Notes under the pieces: generated by a model
The model's input: only the letters and a program-made list of their open reading frames with translations
Database searches by the model: none
Told to the model about the DNA's origin: nothing
Source of the DNA: Azolla caroliniana
Lineage: Eukaryota; Plantae; Polypodiophyta
Direction of reading: 5' to 3'
Assembly: GCA_043228905.1 (NCBI GenBank)
Contig: JBHGNT010000009.1
Span: forward strand, 13,764,001-13,828,000
DNA length: 64,000 bases
In this document: positions 1-9,949 of the stretch, in pieces
Layout: each line of letters begins with the position of its first letter
Position numbering within the stretch: the stretch's first letter is position 1
Position numbers and translations under genes: made by a program

Positions 1-1396
1 AATAACTTACCACCGGATGTTATGGTATCTGTTATTGACTTTGCAGAGAACTATACCTTTAAAGTTCAAAATGAGGTTCACCAATGTACAATACTTGTAC
101 ATATTTGCTACTGGAGAAAAGACGGTGAGTTACATAAGAAATCAATATTCTATATTTCAGATGATAAAAAGCATGATACGCTATTTGTTCAACATTGTTT
201 CAAGCTTCACCATGCAGATTTATTGTCCTTGGGTGTTAATTTTTATCGCCATTGGGTCTAGTCTGATGGTGCTGCCTCACAATTTAAGGCAGCTCGGTCC
301 TTCTACTTCATTGCAAGGTAAGGAATATAATCCATATGATTGGTACTTATAACTAGAAGTTTATTTTGGTAATACTTCATAGTACTTCATCTATTGCTTG
401 AGTTTTCTACCAGTACGAATATTATATGAATAGTCATAAAAAATGTTTGTATAAAATACAATTAGTAATTCTCCTACTACATGCACTAGTACTATCTTGA
501 AATGTTTGTACTAATTATGGTGTAAGTCTTGTATGTATGGTTCAAAGCCTTGAAAAGTATCCTTATTTTACAACTTAGTAGTATCATCCCACATGCACAA
601 GTACTGACTATGATTCAACACCTTGTAAAGTACCCTTATTTTACAACTTAGTACTATCATCCCACATGCACAAGTACTAATTGATAACTTTGTGGTGTCA
701 TCCCACAGGCAAGAGTATTAATTTGTAACTTAGCATTGTCCTCTGTCGTGCATTAGTACTAATGAATAACTTAGTACTATCTTCTTTCGGTCATTACTAC
801 TAATCTATAACTTTGTTCATTCATACTAATTAGGATGGGTCTCTCTAGTGCATTAGTACTAAATAATAACTTAGTACTGTCCAACTTTGTTCATGAACAC
901 AAGTTTATAACTTATGATTGTCATGGCCCACTAGTACAAACATTAGTACTAATTATTAGCATGAGAACTATCCAACTATGTTCATTACTACTAATTATTA
1001 ACTTAGTAATGTCCAACTTTGTTCATTAAGACCAAGTTATAACTTAGGACTGTCCTCTCTCATGCATTAGTACTAATCAATAGCTTAGTACTATCCTCTC
1101 TCCTTCATTTCTTTTAATTTATAACTTAGTACTGTCCTCTCTCGTTCATTTCTTTTAATTTATAACTTAGTACTATCCTCTCTCGTGCATTAGTAGAAAT
1201 TTTGGTTTAAGTCAAGTTAAGAGATGTAAGCTCTAGTAATGCACTAACTTTGTTTGTTGGCTAACTGTCATGCAAAACACCCAAATACTTCTCATTGACA
1301 AACATTAGGATGCAATGGAACTACTTCGGGTCGGGACATGGAAAGGGAGAGCACGATGGCGCGGGGGTTGTGATCAAGCATGCTCTTACTAGTGAA
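1..1396 (+). pseudogene. Sola2-like DDD transposase, two exons (about 1-317 and about 1286-1396), truncated
   Basis: Motifs VIDFAENY, W*SDGAASQFK (TGG>TAG at 259-261) and WNYFGSGHGKGEHDGAG. GT donor at 318. The frame is lost after HALTSE at about 1396. Confidence 0.75.
318..1260. repeat. Degenerate AT-rich tandem repeats built on (AACT)TAGTACT(A), within the transposase intron
   Basis: Many copies of TAGTACTAA and AACTTAGTACT with similar flanks. Confidence 0.7.
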
Positions 1397-1419
1397 CCGG
1401 TGTTAGCATTAATCTGCTC

Positions 1420-1880
1420 TTCATGGGTAGAACCGGTGTTATGCAGTAACACGGTATTCGTAGTACAAACATGTTCCTCTTCTTGGGTGGTTGCCATCTT
1501 CATTGCAAACTCCTCGTTGATGAAGCTAGACACTTGGTTCTTTGTATTGTCTTGTTCCAAGTGCAGGCTACTTGTGGTGTTTTGGTAAGGCATATGATTT
1601 GTAGTACCACCTTGTTCCTCTTCTTGGGTGGTAGCTACAATCTCCTTAATGATACAGTCTTGCCCCATGTTTACGGTACTGTCAGTATTCTGGACACACA
1701 CCTCATTCGTAGCACCACCTTGTTCCTCTTCTTGGCTGGTAGCTACACTCTCTTTAATGTTACAGTCATGCTCCTCATGTTTGGTCAAATTCACATTCCC
1801 TGCTCACTCCTCAGAAAACTCGTTTGTCACCTCGTTCTTTGTCCACTCCAACTCCTCTTCTTGGGTGATTTCACATTCCT
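1420..1880 (-). repeat. Coding tandem repeat, unit about 120 bp (xATTQEEEQGG)
   Basis: TQEEE/SQEEE recurs in ORFs 1321-1794 and 1804-1998. Confidence 0.7.
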
Positions 1881-2351
1881 CATGTGTGGTGCTATCTGAG
1901 TCTGAACAATCAAGATTGCTCCATAGACTGAGTGAACATCTGATGCTATTTGGGAGTCTCCATGTTCTTCTTTTCCTAAATAACAAGCACAATATCAATT
2001 CACATTGTTACAAAGTGAAGGAACCTAGCCATATCAATTAACATACTAGACTAAGGTACAATCGTTTACCTATTGTTACATCTCCATCCTGGACTTTTGA
2101 AGATGAGTCTTTGCAAATGATTGTGTTTGTCATGTGCTGCAAGTCCTGGTTTGCATTGGTATCACACTCGTCATTATTGCTTGGGATGATAAATTCTTCT
2201 TCATGTTGTGGCTCTGAATCGGTATCTCCATTTTCATTAATCGTTTCTTCTTTGTCTAACAACAAAAGCACGTGGTCTTAGTCTAACTCATTAACTTTAC
2301 AACTCTCAAAGTTTGTGAGAATTTGTATGACCCACCACTACAATGAACTCT

Positions 2352-2388
2352 AACACCGGGTCATTTGAAACAATTAATATGTCGCATT
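2352..2388 (+). repeat. Left TIR AACACCGGGTCATTTGAAACAATTAATATGTCGCATT
   Basis: Reverse complement of 9725-9761 with 4 mismatches. Confidence 0.92.
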
Positions 2389-2810
2389 ATGAGAACACTA
2401 CATCGAAAAAGGGCACAAAAGCACGCAGTTTTCAAAAAGACACGATGCATGCGTAAAGCTTTTCAGAAAAGGTGGGAAAATATATTGAATTTCAACATGA
2501 CTACCACTTTGAGGCATAAGTAAAATGCCTCCAAAAATACATCACCAAAATTACAAAATAATGTACAACATGTCTACCAGTTACAATCATACATATTCGT
2601 GAGTTTACATCCAAAACAAATTTACAAAGTTTCCGATCATGTAGTAAAACAATCCCCAGCTTGAACCAAACCAATATATTAAGACATGTCTGATGGACTA
2701 GAAGAGCATTCTGACGTCTCATCCTCATCATCAGTGGCAATCAAAGCATTATCCTCATCCAATTCCAACCCAACATCTTTGTGGTTATGAGAATTGCTTC
2801 TAGTTATTCT

Positions 2811-5351
2811 CTATATTTCGTTTGACACCATGTTTGGGATTTTCTCCTTTATTATCTTGATAGTTGCTTGTCTTAGATGACCTGATTTTGTCAATGAGAA
2901 GTCATATACTAGTATGTCAACACGGTCTAGTGCGAGAGTAGCCGTGCTCGGTATATTCTTTCTTCTTCTCTTTCTGCTTGAACATCCGACATCCTTAACC
3001 ATCTCTAAAGAATACTTTCCTGTAAATGCATCACGTGAATTTGTCTGATACCAGTGGACTACTATTGACTTTGTCTGACTACTTTCTTCATCCCTTACTA
3101 ATTCAATAATTTTTGCAATCCAAAATGGATGGCCCAAGGTATCGTCCCCTGCTAATGTTGCAACCAACATTCCCACTTGTAGTTCTTGCAAATTACCTTG
3201 CCATCTTGCCTCAACAGTACGTGACTTTCTTGGTCCCACATAAATATTTCTTTGTAGTGGCCGAACTAAATAATGAAGCTCCATATTATTCGATTGTTGG
3301 TGATGAGTCTGCGATATCGTTGATGTCATCCCAATGTTCCATGTGAATGGGATACGGATTGGCCATAAACCGGCGATGTAATTATCTAAAATGGTGCGTT
3401 GATGGGTGAAGAAAATCTCCCACCATTCAACATCCTCATCACCGGCATACTTCTTAGTCCGATCAATATTATTTTGTTTCTCTGCTAGACATCTCAACCA
3501 ATATGCCCTTTGTTCATCAATAGTACTATTTGGTGCTACATTTTTACGATCATCATATGGCATTTGTTGTGCACCATGTAGAGGTTCATCTAGGATATGA
3601 AGAAGGAGCCTACAACCTTCTTGGGGCTCCCATTGTGCACTAGATGAGTATTGTTTCGCAAACAACACCGTCATCTTCAGGTGGGCCGATCTTTGTTTTA
3701 TGAGGAAGACATGGTTGAAACTTATATTATTAAGAGGTGCAAGCACCCTACCTTTAGTCCCGTCACTATCCATGCAGAAACGTTTAAAGTCATATACTTC
3801 TTCCAAGTGTTGTACTTCAGGCTTTGGTGTATATGCTTCACTAATCAATTTGGATAGCGTGGGAAGTGTGAAAGCATTACAGCGAGCAAGTTTCTTTGAG
3901 AACCTACTGAACATTTGATCTATGTGATCATGGGTATGACCAACCAACAAGAAGTTAACCTTTATCTTTTTAAATATGCCCCTCTCTACTAGCATGCTTA
4001 GATAGCCGAAGACAGTTGAGTTCTTATTCTCTCTTGTTGTGTTGTCTAGTTGCACATATAGAACTGGCGGGAGTATACCTGACCATGAATGCAATACCCT
4101 GTGCATGACAGTGACAGTAAGATTAGGGTCGTTGTGGATATTGGGATAAGTTAAGAACACTTGCGGTCTTATAGTTTGACAATATGTCAAACAACCCACT
4201 AGATGCATTTGCACGAGACACTCATCTCCAATATCCTTGGGGAGTCTTTGAAAATGCGGCAAACAAGTTTTCTTTTGATCCATGCCGTCAATAATCATGC
4301 ACATATACTTTTCGGGAGATTGAAACACTTTTTGTTGGTGATGCATAGCCTTAGTACGTTCCAATGCCTGACTTTCACGATGTTCTTTTAACAGGTTCTT
4401 GTAATTCTTGATCTCTACATCTGATTTTCCACCCTTGGCCATACTTTTTAAACTCGCACATATTGAGCAGACTCCCATTCGCACCTTTCGTGGGATAACC
4501 ACGTTATTAAATTGTAACCTCCATAGTCGATTAAAATGCATGTACTGTATGTAAGGCTCAACATCGGAAGACATGTCGTCCTTGTACGATTGGTAAACTT
4601 CCCTTCGAGTAAAGTTATCTGACAAATGAAGTATTCCTGTCGTTGGCATAACTTCGCACTGTTTTGAAAAATATACCTCCATCCACCTAATTGCCTGTTG
4701 CCCAATTTGACCCTTACATCCAGAACCATTTTGATCGAACTGTACCCAGGAGCCCTTCAGAAGTCGCTCTTGAACTCGTTGCAGCCGCATATTTCCAATG
4801 CTATGAGTGATTTTAAAAGCTGCTCGACAACACTTGGTTTTTAGTCCAAGGAAATATTCAACTTGCGTTGAATTAGGCCCTGCTTTGTGATCCAATTTAA
4901 GTTGCATATGCGAAAGAAGAAATGTATCTTGCTCTTCCCCATTAAGCGACAAGTATTTTTGTCGTGTTTCACGTAACCTTGACTTTCCATAAGTTGATAG
5001 ACAGAGATTCGCACAACACGATTTGTTCAAGTCGCATAGAAGTTGATGATCAGAACATAAGAAACTAAATCTCTTTTCACTAACTTGTCGAGGAACTCTT
5101 TTAAATGCTAGACGTTTAGTAATGCTATTGTTATCTATCGACGAAGAATCGTCCGCTTGTAAGCTTGCATGAAGAGGGCCATCAACAGGATCAATTGAAA
5201 ACAGAGAATTCGAAGTACTAGGAGCCACACTTTTCTGTTTAAGCCGCGAATGTTTTTTGTGGTCGTACTCTTCTATTGAGAAATACGAGTTGTCTGACAA
5301 TGAAAAGGGGGCAATAGAAAAAAGAGATGTTCTACTTGTAGAAGAAGACAT
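2811..5351 (-). CDS. Intact 846-aa DDD transposase (Sola1-like, GHTHxxID family) with Cys-rich N-terminal region and a C-terminal beta-barrel-like domain
   Basis: Single open ORF inside the TIRs. Putative catalytic motifs IIDGMDQ, VQLDNTTRENKN and FLLVGHTHDHIDQMFS; Cys motifs CCANLC and CSICASLK. Confidence 0.85.
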   Translation of the reverse strand: MSSSTSRTSLFSIAPFSLSDNSYFSIEEYDHKKHSRLKQKSVAPSTSNSLFSIDPVDGPLHASLQADDSSSIDNNSITKRLAFKRVPRQVSEKRFSFLCSDHQLLCDLNKSCCANLCLSTYGKSRLRETRQKYLSLNGEEQDTFLLSHMQLKLDHKAGPNSTQVEYFLGLKTKCCRAAFKITHSIGNMRLQRVQERLLKGSWVQFDQNGSGCKGQIGQQAIRWMEVYFSKQCEVMPTTGILHLSDNFTRREVYQSYKDDMSSDVEPYIQYMHFNRLWRLQFNNVVIPRKVRMGVCSICASLKSMAKGGKSDVEIKNYKNLLKEHRESQALERTKAMHHQQKVFQSPEKYMCMIIDGMDQKKTCLPHFQRLPKDIGDECLVQMHLVGCLTYCQTIRPQVFLTYPNIHNDPNLTVTVMHRVLHSWSGILPPVLYVQLDNTTRENKNSTVFGYLSMLVERGIFKKIKVNFLLVGHTHDHIDQMFSRFSKKLARCNAFTLPTLSKLISEAYTPKPEVQHLEEVYDFKRFCMDSDGTKGRVLAPLNNISFNHVFLIKQRSAHLKMTVLFAKQYSSSAQWEPQEGCRLLLHILDEPLHGAQQMPYDDRKNVAPNSTIDEQRAYWLRCLAEKQNNIDRTKKYAGDEDVEWWEIFFTHQRTILDNYIAGLWPIRIPFTWNIGMTSTISQTHHQQSNNMELHYLVRPLQRNIYVGPRKSRTVEARWQGNLQELQVGMLVATLAGDDTLGHPFWIAKIIELVRDEESSQTKSIVVHWYQTNSRDAFTGKYSLEMVKDVGCSSRKRRRKNIPSTATLALDRVDILVYDFSLTKSGHLRQATIKIIKEKIPNMVSNEI

Positions 5352-5561
5352 TTGAGGGAGTCTAACTGTATTCTAAAACCTTCTTTTGAGAAAATTAAGG
5401 AATGCTAAAGCCTAACTATATAACTACCCGAACACTTAGATTAACTATATTATTTTCCGAAATTTTCCTAGAAAACAAATAATTAAAAATTATTTTTTAT
5501 TTTAAAAGGAATGCTAAAGTCTTCTATATAAGGAGGTTAAAAATTTCATTTTCATTATCAC
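5352..5561. promoter_or_regulatory. Putative bidirectional promoter between the transposase and the methyltransferase gene
   Basis: 210-bp AT-rich spacer between divergent ATGs. AAGGAATGCTAAAG occurs at 5397-5410 and 5506-5519, each followed by CTATATAA. Confidence 0.5.
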
Positions 5562-8500
5562 ATGAAAGAATCCATCGAGCTCAGAGCACAGGCCAATTTT
5601 CGAGCACTCAGAAGCACATCGTCGACAGCACTACCTCCGGCACGAACCATGAACAAGGGAAAGAAAATCGTCAGGTTAGTAATATTCTTTACATTTTTTA
5701 AGATTCCTAAAGATTCCTTAAAGATTCCTTTCCTCAACACATAGAAATTTTATTTTATTTTGTACAACGAACTTGGAAAGCAATTCTGAAAGGCAGGACC
5801 TTCAACCAAAATCCGATGCAGTGCATCGGATTTTGGTTGAAAAAAATGTTGTTTTTGCGATAAAAAACTATCGCATGGGACCATAAAATTGACGTAATTT
5901 AAATGATAATTTGCGTGATTTAGATAAAATTGTACGTTGTTTCTATGTTTTCACCAACGTTTTTAATTTCAGTGAACCCAGACAAAAAGTTCCTTCATTT
6001 AGATTGAAGATTCGATCTCCGACAAAACGACAATCTGGCTCCTTCATCAAGGACACGAGTAAAAAGATTTTATTTGACTCAACGGGGGAAGGAGGATCCA
6101 AGTCATCTGTGGCTACTACCAAAATCAACAAAGGTATTACGCAAGAGGAGAAAACGGTTGAGGTGAAATATAAGGATTACCCCGAACTTGAATGGTGTCT
6201 CTCTTATGTCGAGGAGGATGGGGTGCTGTTATTGATAACGGCAAAATCGGACGGGGAAGGGAAACTTCAGCTTGGAAAAACATTTAATTACATGCATGTA
6301 ACCAAGCTAGAGTACGAAGACATTGAATCTACAAGTATTTTAATCGACGTCTCGAGCTCAGTTGGCAATAGGCGATTGCGACTTGGTGAGGGAAACCTAG
6401 TACCCGAATCTTGCAATCCCAAGGCTTTGCGTAAAGACCTGCAAACGAAAAATAACTTGTTGGTAGCTCTTTGGCCATACGTGACAGGAGAGATGATGAC
6501 TGGTGAAGCAGAAACTGCACCGAAAAAGTCTAGGAAGACAAATCCTGCTCAAAAGAAATATACTAAACGACCACGACCGAAGAAGAAGAAGAAGAAATAT
6601 TAGAGTTCGTGGAAGAAGAAGACGACCAACAAGTCGACGTCGTGGCTCCAGGCGGACAACTATCTTCTGGTGTCCTGACGTCAGAACAAAATAAAATAAG
6701 AGAAAATATTGTGAAGACTAAACTTGTGCGCAAGGGCCAACTATTTCATTTGCCCATTACTTCTATCCAAAGGCCCCCCATTGACCCTGTGACTGGAAGA
6801 CGTCCCTTGGAAATTAGGGAGCCGCACTCCGTCCATGTGCAAAACCTGAAAAGCAAAATGAAAATCAATCCTCACGCTACTGTGGTGCCATTTTTGGTAA
6901 TGGTTGATCAAGAACAATGCCCAACAGTAGCAGATTTTAAGTATAGCTCTGCAGACGATTACACATACTATGTAATCGGAGGATCACATTCGGCCGAAGC
7001 TCGACGACAGCTTGTCAAAGAATATCCTCTCACGCCGTTCTTCAAGTACGCCGAATGTAAGGTATATGCAGGACTAACTCACGAGGAGGCGAAGCTGCTC
7101 GCATGGGACCATAACAATGACAACGATTATAGGTAAAAGATGTCATGTATAGAGAGGATAAGATTTTTTCATCATGAATACTTGGATGCCTTGAATCGTT
7201 TTGGTCCAAGATTGTGGCCTGGATTGCGACGCTAGTGTGGGATCTCCAAGACAAAATATTCTCTATGTGGGAGCGGAAAGAAGTCAAGGGGGAAAGATCA
7301 AAAAAGGGAAGAATTGCTCCACAAGTTGAGATGAAATCAAAGACCAAGGGAAAAAGCGACTTGGTAATCGAGGAGTTAGTAGAGGACATGAAACTTTTAC
7401 CTTGGAGATCATTACAAGGTATCAAAGATGATAGATTGTTAATATCCGTGCTATCTCGAGTGGTCGCCAAGGAATTTAGTTTGGACGAGATGGTAACAAA
7501 CTTGCAAAAGTAAGTGTTTATAGTATATACCTTTTCATGAAAGTCTTCAATTATTTTGAATATCTTATTTCTAATTTCATATTGATTGTGCAGTCACAAG
7601 GTATACATGAAGATTCAGGAGTAGATGATGCAAAAACTGAGTTTACCGACATGGGAAGAAGTTGAACAAGCTTGTCTGATAACTTCTTCCTACAAGGCAT
7701 TGGAGGAATATTTTATTGTATTTAGAGAATGGGTATGTGTCTTTTGAATGTTGATATGTTAGAAACTAATGTTCCCTGCTAACAACAATGACACTTGCAG
7801 AAACCATCAAAATCGAAAAAGAACAACGACAATAATGACGGTATTCCAACGGCCTTCATCACGCACTTAGAACGTGCGAAATATGAGAAGAGAATGACCA
7901 AAGGGAAGGAAATGGAACTGCCCGAGGATTCGGAGACTATAAAGAGTTTTTTGCATAGGTCTGATCCTTTCAAACAGCTTCATTATAGTGTTTTCAATGG
8001 CGAAGTATCCCAGATGCTCGAACTGTTATCGAGAAGGCACTACACTTTGCTGATAGCTGACATACCATATGGTTTCCGTATTGCGGGATCAACATATGAT
8101 GATGTGCCTTTCAGATCGAGAAAATGGTAAAGGATTTCGCAGAACTGACATTGGCCCCCTTGTGGAGGATAGTCATATTTCATAGCATGGGGCAATCACT
8201 GTCAGTCACAACAACTTTGAAGTCCCGTTGTCATGCCACTGAACACATGCATTGGTGCGTTATAGTTCGCTTTTACTCATTACAGTACTTCTTATTATAT
8301 GTACACATTTACACCTCTAATACTTGATTTTCTTTCTCTATAGGATCAAAACAAATATTACACATAGCCCTGGCGATCGAATGGTTAGTGCGGTCGAACA
8401 TTTTTGTGTGGGCTACTATGATTCAATTACAAAGAAGAAGGCTAGAGCACATGTCAATGAGCGTAACGTGGTTAACTACATCATGTGCCCAGCTGTAACC

Positions 8501-8998
8501 AAAAAATTAAGACATGTGTCAGGGGATAAAAGTATGGTGAACCCTTATAAAAAACCTCAAAGATTGATCAACCGCCTCATAGAGCTCTTCTCGAATCCAG
8601 ATGATTGGGTCCTAGACTTGTTCTCTGGCACAGGTATAATATATATATTTAATTTCAATCCTGTCGATCAAGTTTAAGACGTTACTTCTTATATATACTT
8701 GTTTGTGTTCATGCGACCATTAGGTACAACGACAGCTTGTGCATTGAAGATGTTTAGAAACTGTGTTGCATTGGAGAAGGACCCTGCTCAAGTTAACTTC
8801 ATCAAAATGAGGATCACAGGAATCTGGGACTGTCCAGATCAGGATCAAGAAGTCGGAGCAAAACACATCAACAAGACAGAGATGTTCCAGATGACACATA
8901 CATCAAATTCGGGAGAGCTTGGAGATGACACGAATGAAAACAGTCTAGAACAATCAGCGCCGGAGGAGCCTGCTCTACCTGATTTGCTTATAGATTGA
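5562..8998 (+). pseudogene. ParB/Srx-like domain fused to a beta-class N6-A/N4-C DNA methyltransferase; exons 5562-5674, 5973-7509, 7594-7732, 7801-8254, 8344-8633, 8724-8998
   Basis: Five GT-AG introns, all phase-compatible. ParB-like segment (..VPFLVMVD..YYVIGGSHSAEARRQL..CKVYAGLTHEEAKLLAWDHN). Motif IV LLIADIPY; HWIKTN..AVEHF; NPYKKPQRLINRLIELFSNPDDWVLDLFSGTGTTTACALKMFRNCVALEKD (motifs X/I/II). In-frame stops at 7134, 7233 and 7622; frameshifts near 6580, 7235 and 8115. Confidence 0.85.
5801..5841. repeat. Perfect 20-bp inverted repeat with 1-nt spacer, in intron 1
   Basis: TTCAACCAAAATCCGATGCA-G-TGCATCGGATTTTGGTTGAA. Confidence 0.95.
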
Positions 8999-9724
8999 TG
9001 TAGATGGCGTAATGTAAAAATTGAGGATTTTGAGACATAATGTTCACCATCACTTCATATTATATTTGTATATGAGAACATCTGTAATTGTTTATCATTT
9101 AATTAAATTCACCTGTTCATAATTTCCCTTTTTAATCATTATTGGAACCGTAGTTTGTATTTACATATAATTGGTCACCATGCTCTTCTTCAGTTTGAGA
9201 TATTAACATGATATTGTAATTTCTCATTTCCATTAGCATGACTGTATATGAAAAGGCGAATGTTTTTGATAATAAGAGGTTTTTAGTTACCTACGGTTCA
9301 AGTCTACTGGTTCCACATAGTATAAATGAATGTCGTACGTAATTGTTACTCTTACCAATTACATTGTCATGAACTATATGACATTATACAATGAAACTAT
9401 TGATATACCCGTCCAACAAGTGGGGTACTACTTTATTCCTAAACCCAAAACCACATATTTATAATTACGGTTTATGTAGTTTTACTCTACAATTTGAATA
9501 TGGATACCAATTTTAGAACTTTATATTGAACCAAGTCTTCAATTGTGCTCCATGATATGCAAATTGACACGAATGTGGACACATATACAATTTAGTAATT
9601 GCTAGGTTTTTTTTGTTCTATATTTAACCATCAAGTCGCAAAAGGGGTACGCATGCATCGTATATTTTCGATATCAGGCTAAAATAGGGTACTTTTCTAC
9701 ATCTGGCCAACTATGCCAAAAGAG

Positions 9725-9761
9725 AATACGACATATTACCTGTTTCAAATGACCCGATGTT
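9725..9761 (-). repeat. Right TIR
   Basis: Its reverse complement is AACATCGGGTCATTTGAAACAGGTAATATGTCGTATT. Confidence 0.92.
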
Positions 9762-9949
9762 CTCTGCATTTCTTCCCCTTTCCATACAATTTCCTTGCAG
9801 CATTATGCTTCTTCGTAGGCTCTTTGATAGAAACATAAGAACTTAGAAGTATAGCAACAATGCATTATTAAAAGTTCATACACAATTAGCATTACTGTTC
9901 ACACAGTCAAGGGGAGCTGAGCTAGGAGAATTTGTTTGAAGCAACACGT

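Larger units (their letters stand above)
2352..9761 (-). mobile_element. Complete 7,410-bp TIR DNA transposon (Sola1-like) carrying a ParB-DNA methyltransferase gene
   Basis: TIRs at 2352-2388 and 9725-9761 match at 33/37 positions. CTCT TSD at 2348-2351 and 9762-9765. Removing the element restores the host reading frame (..GRNAE|SSL..). Confidence 0.92.

Noticed and set aside
7133-7235. Possible intron removing the TAA at 7134
   Set aside because: Neither nearby acceptor I checked (7210, 7235) gives the right phase; read-through (QKMSCIERIRFF) looks protein-like, so it is treated as a CAA>TAA mutation
5562-8998. Bacterial contamination or a restriction-modification system
   Set aside because: The gene has five phase-consistent spliceosomal introns, lies within a TSD-flanked element in plant repeats, and has no nuclease partner
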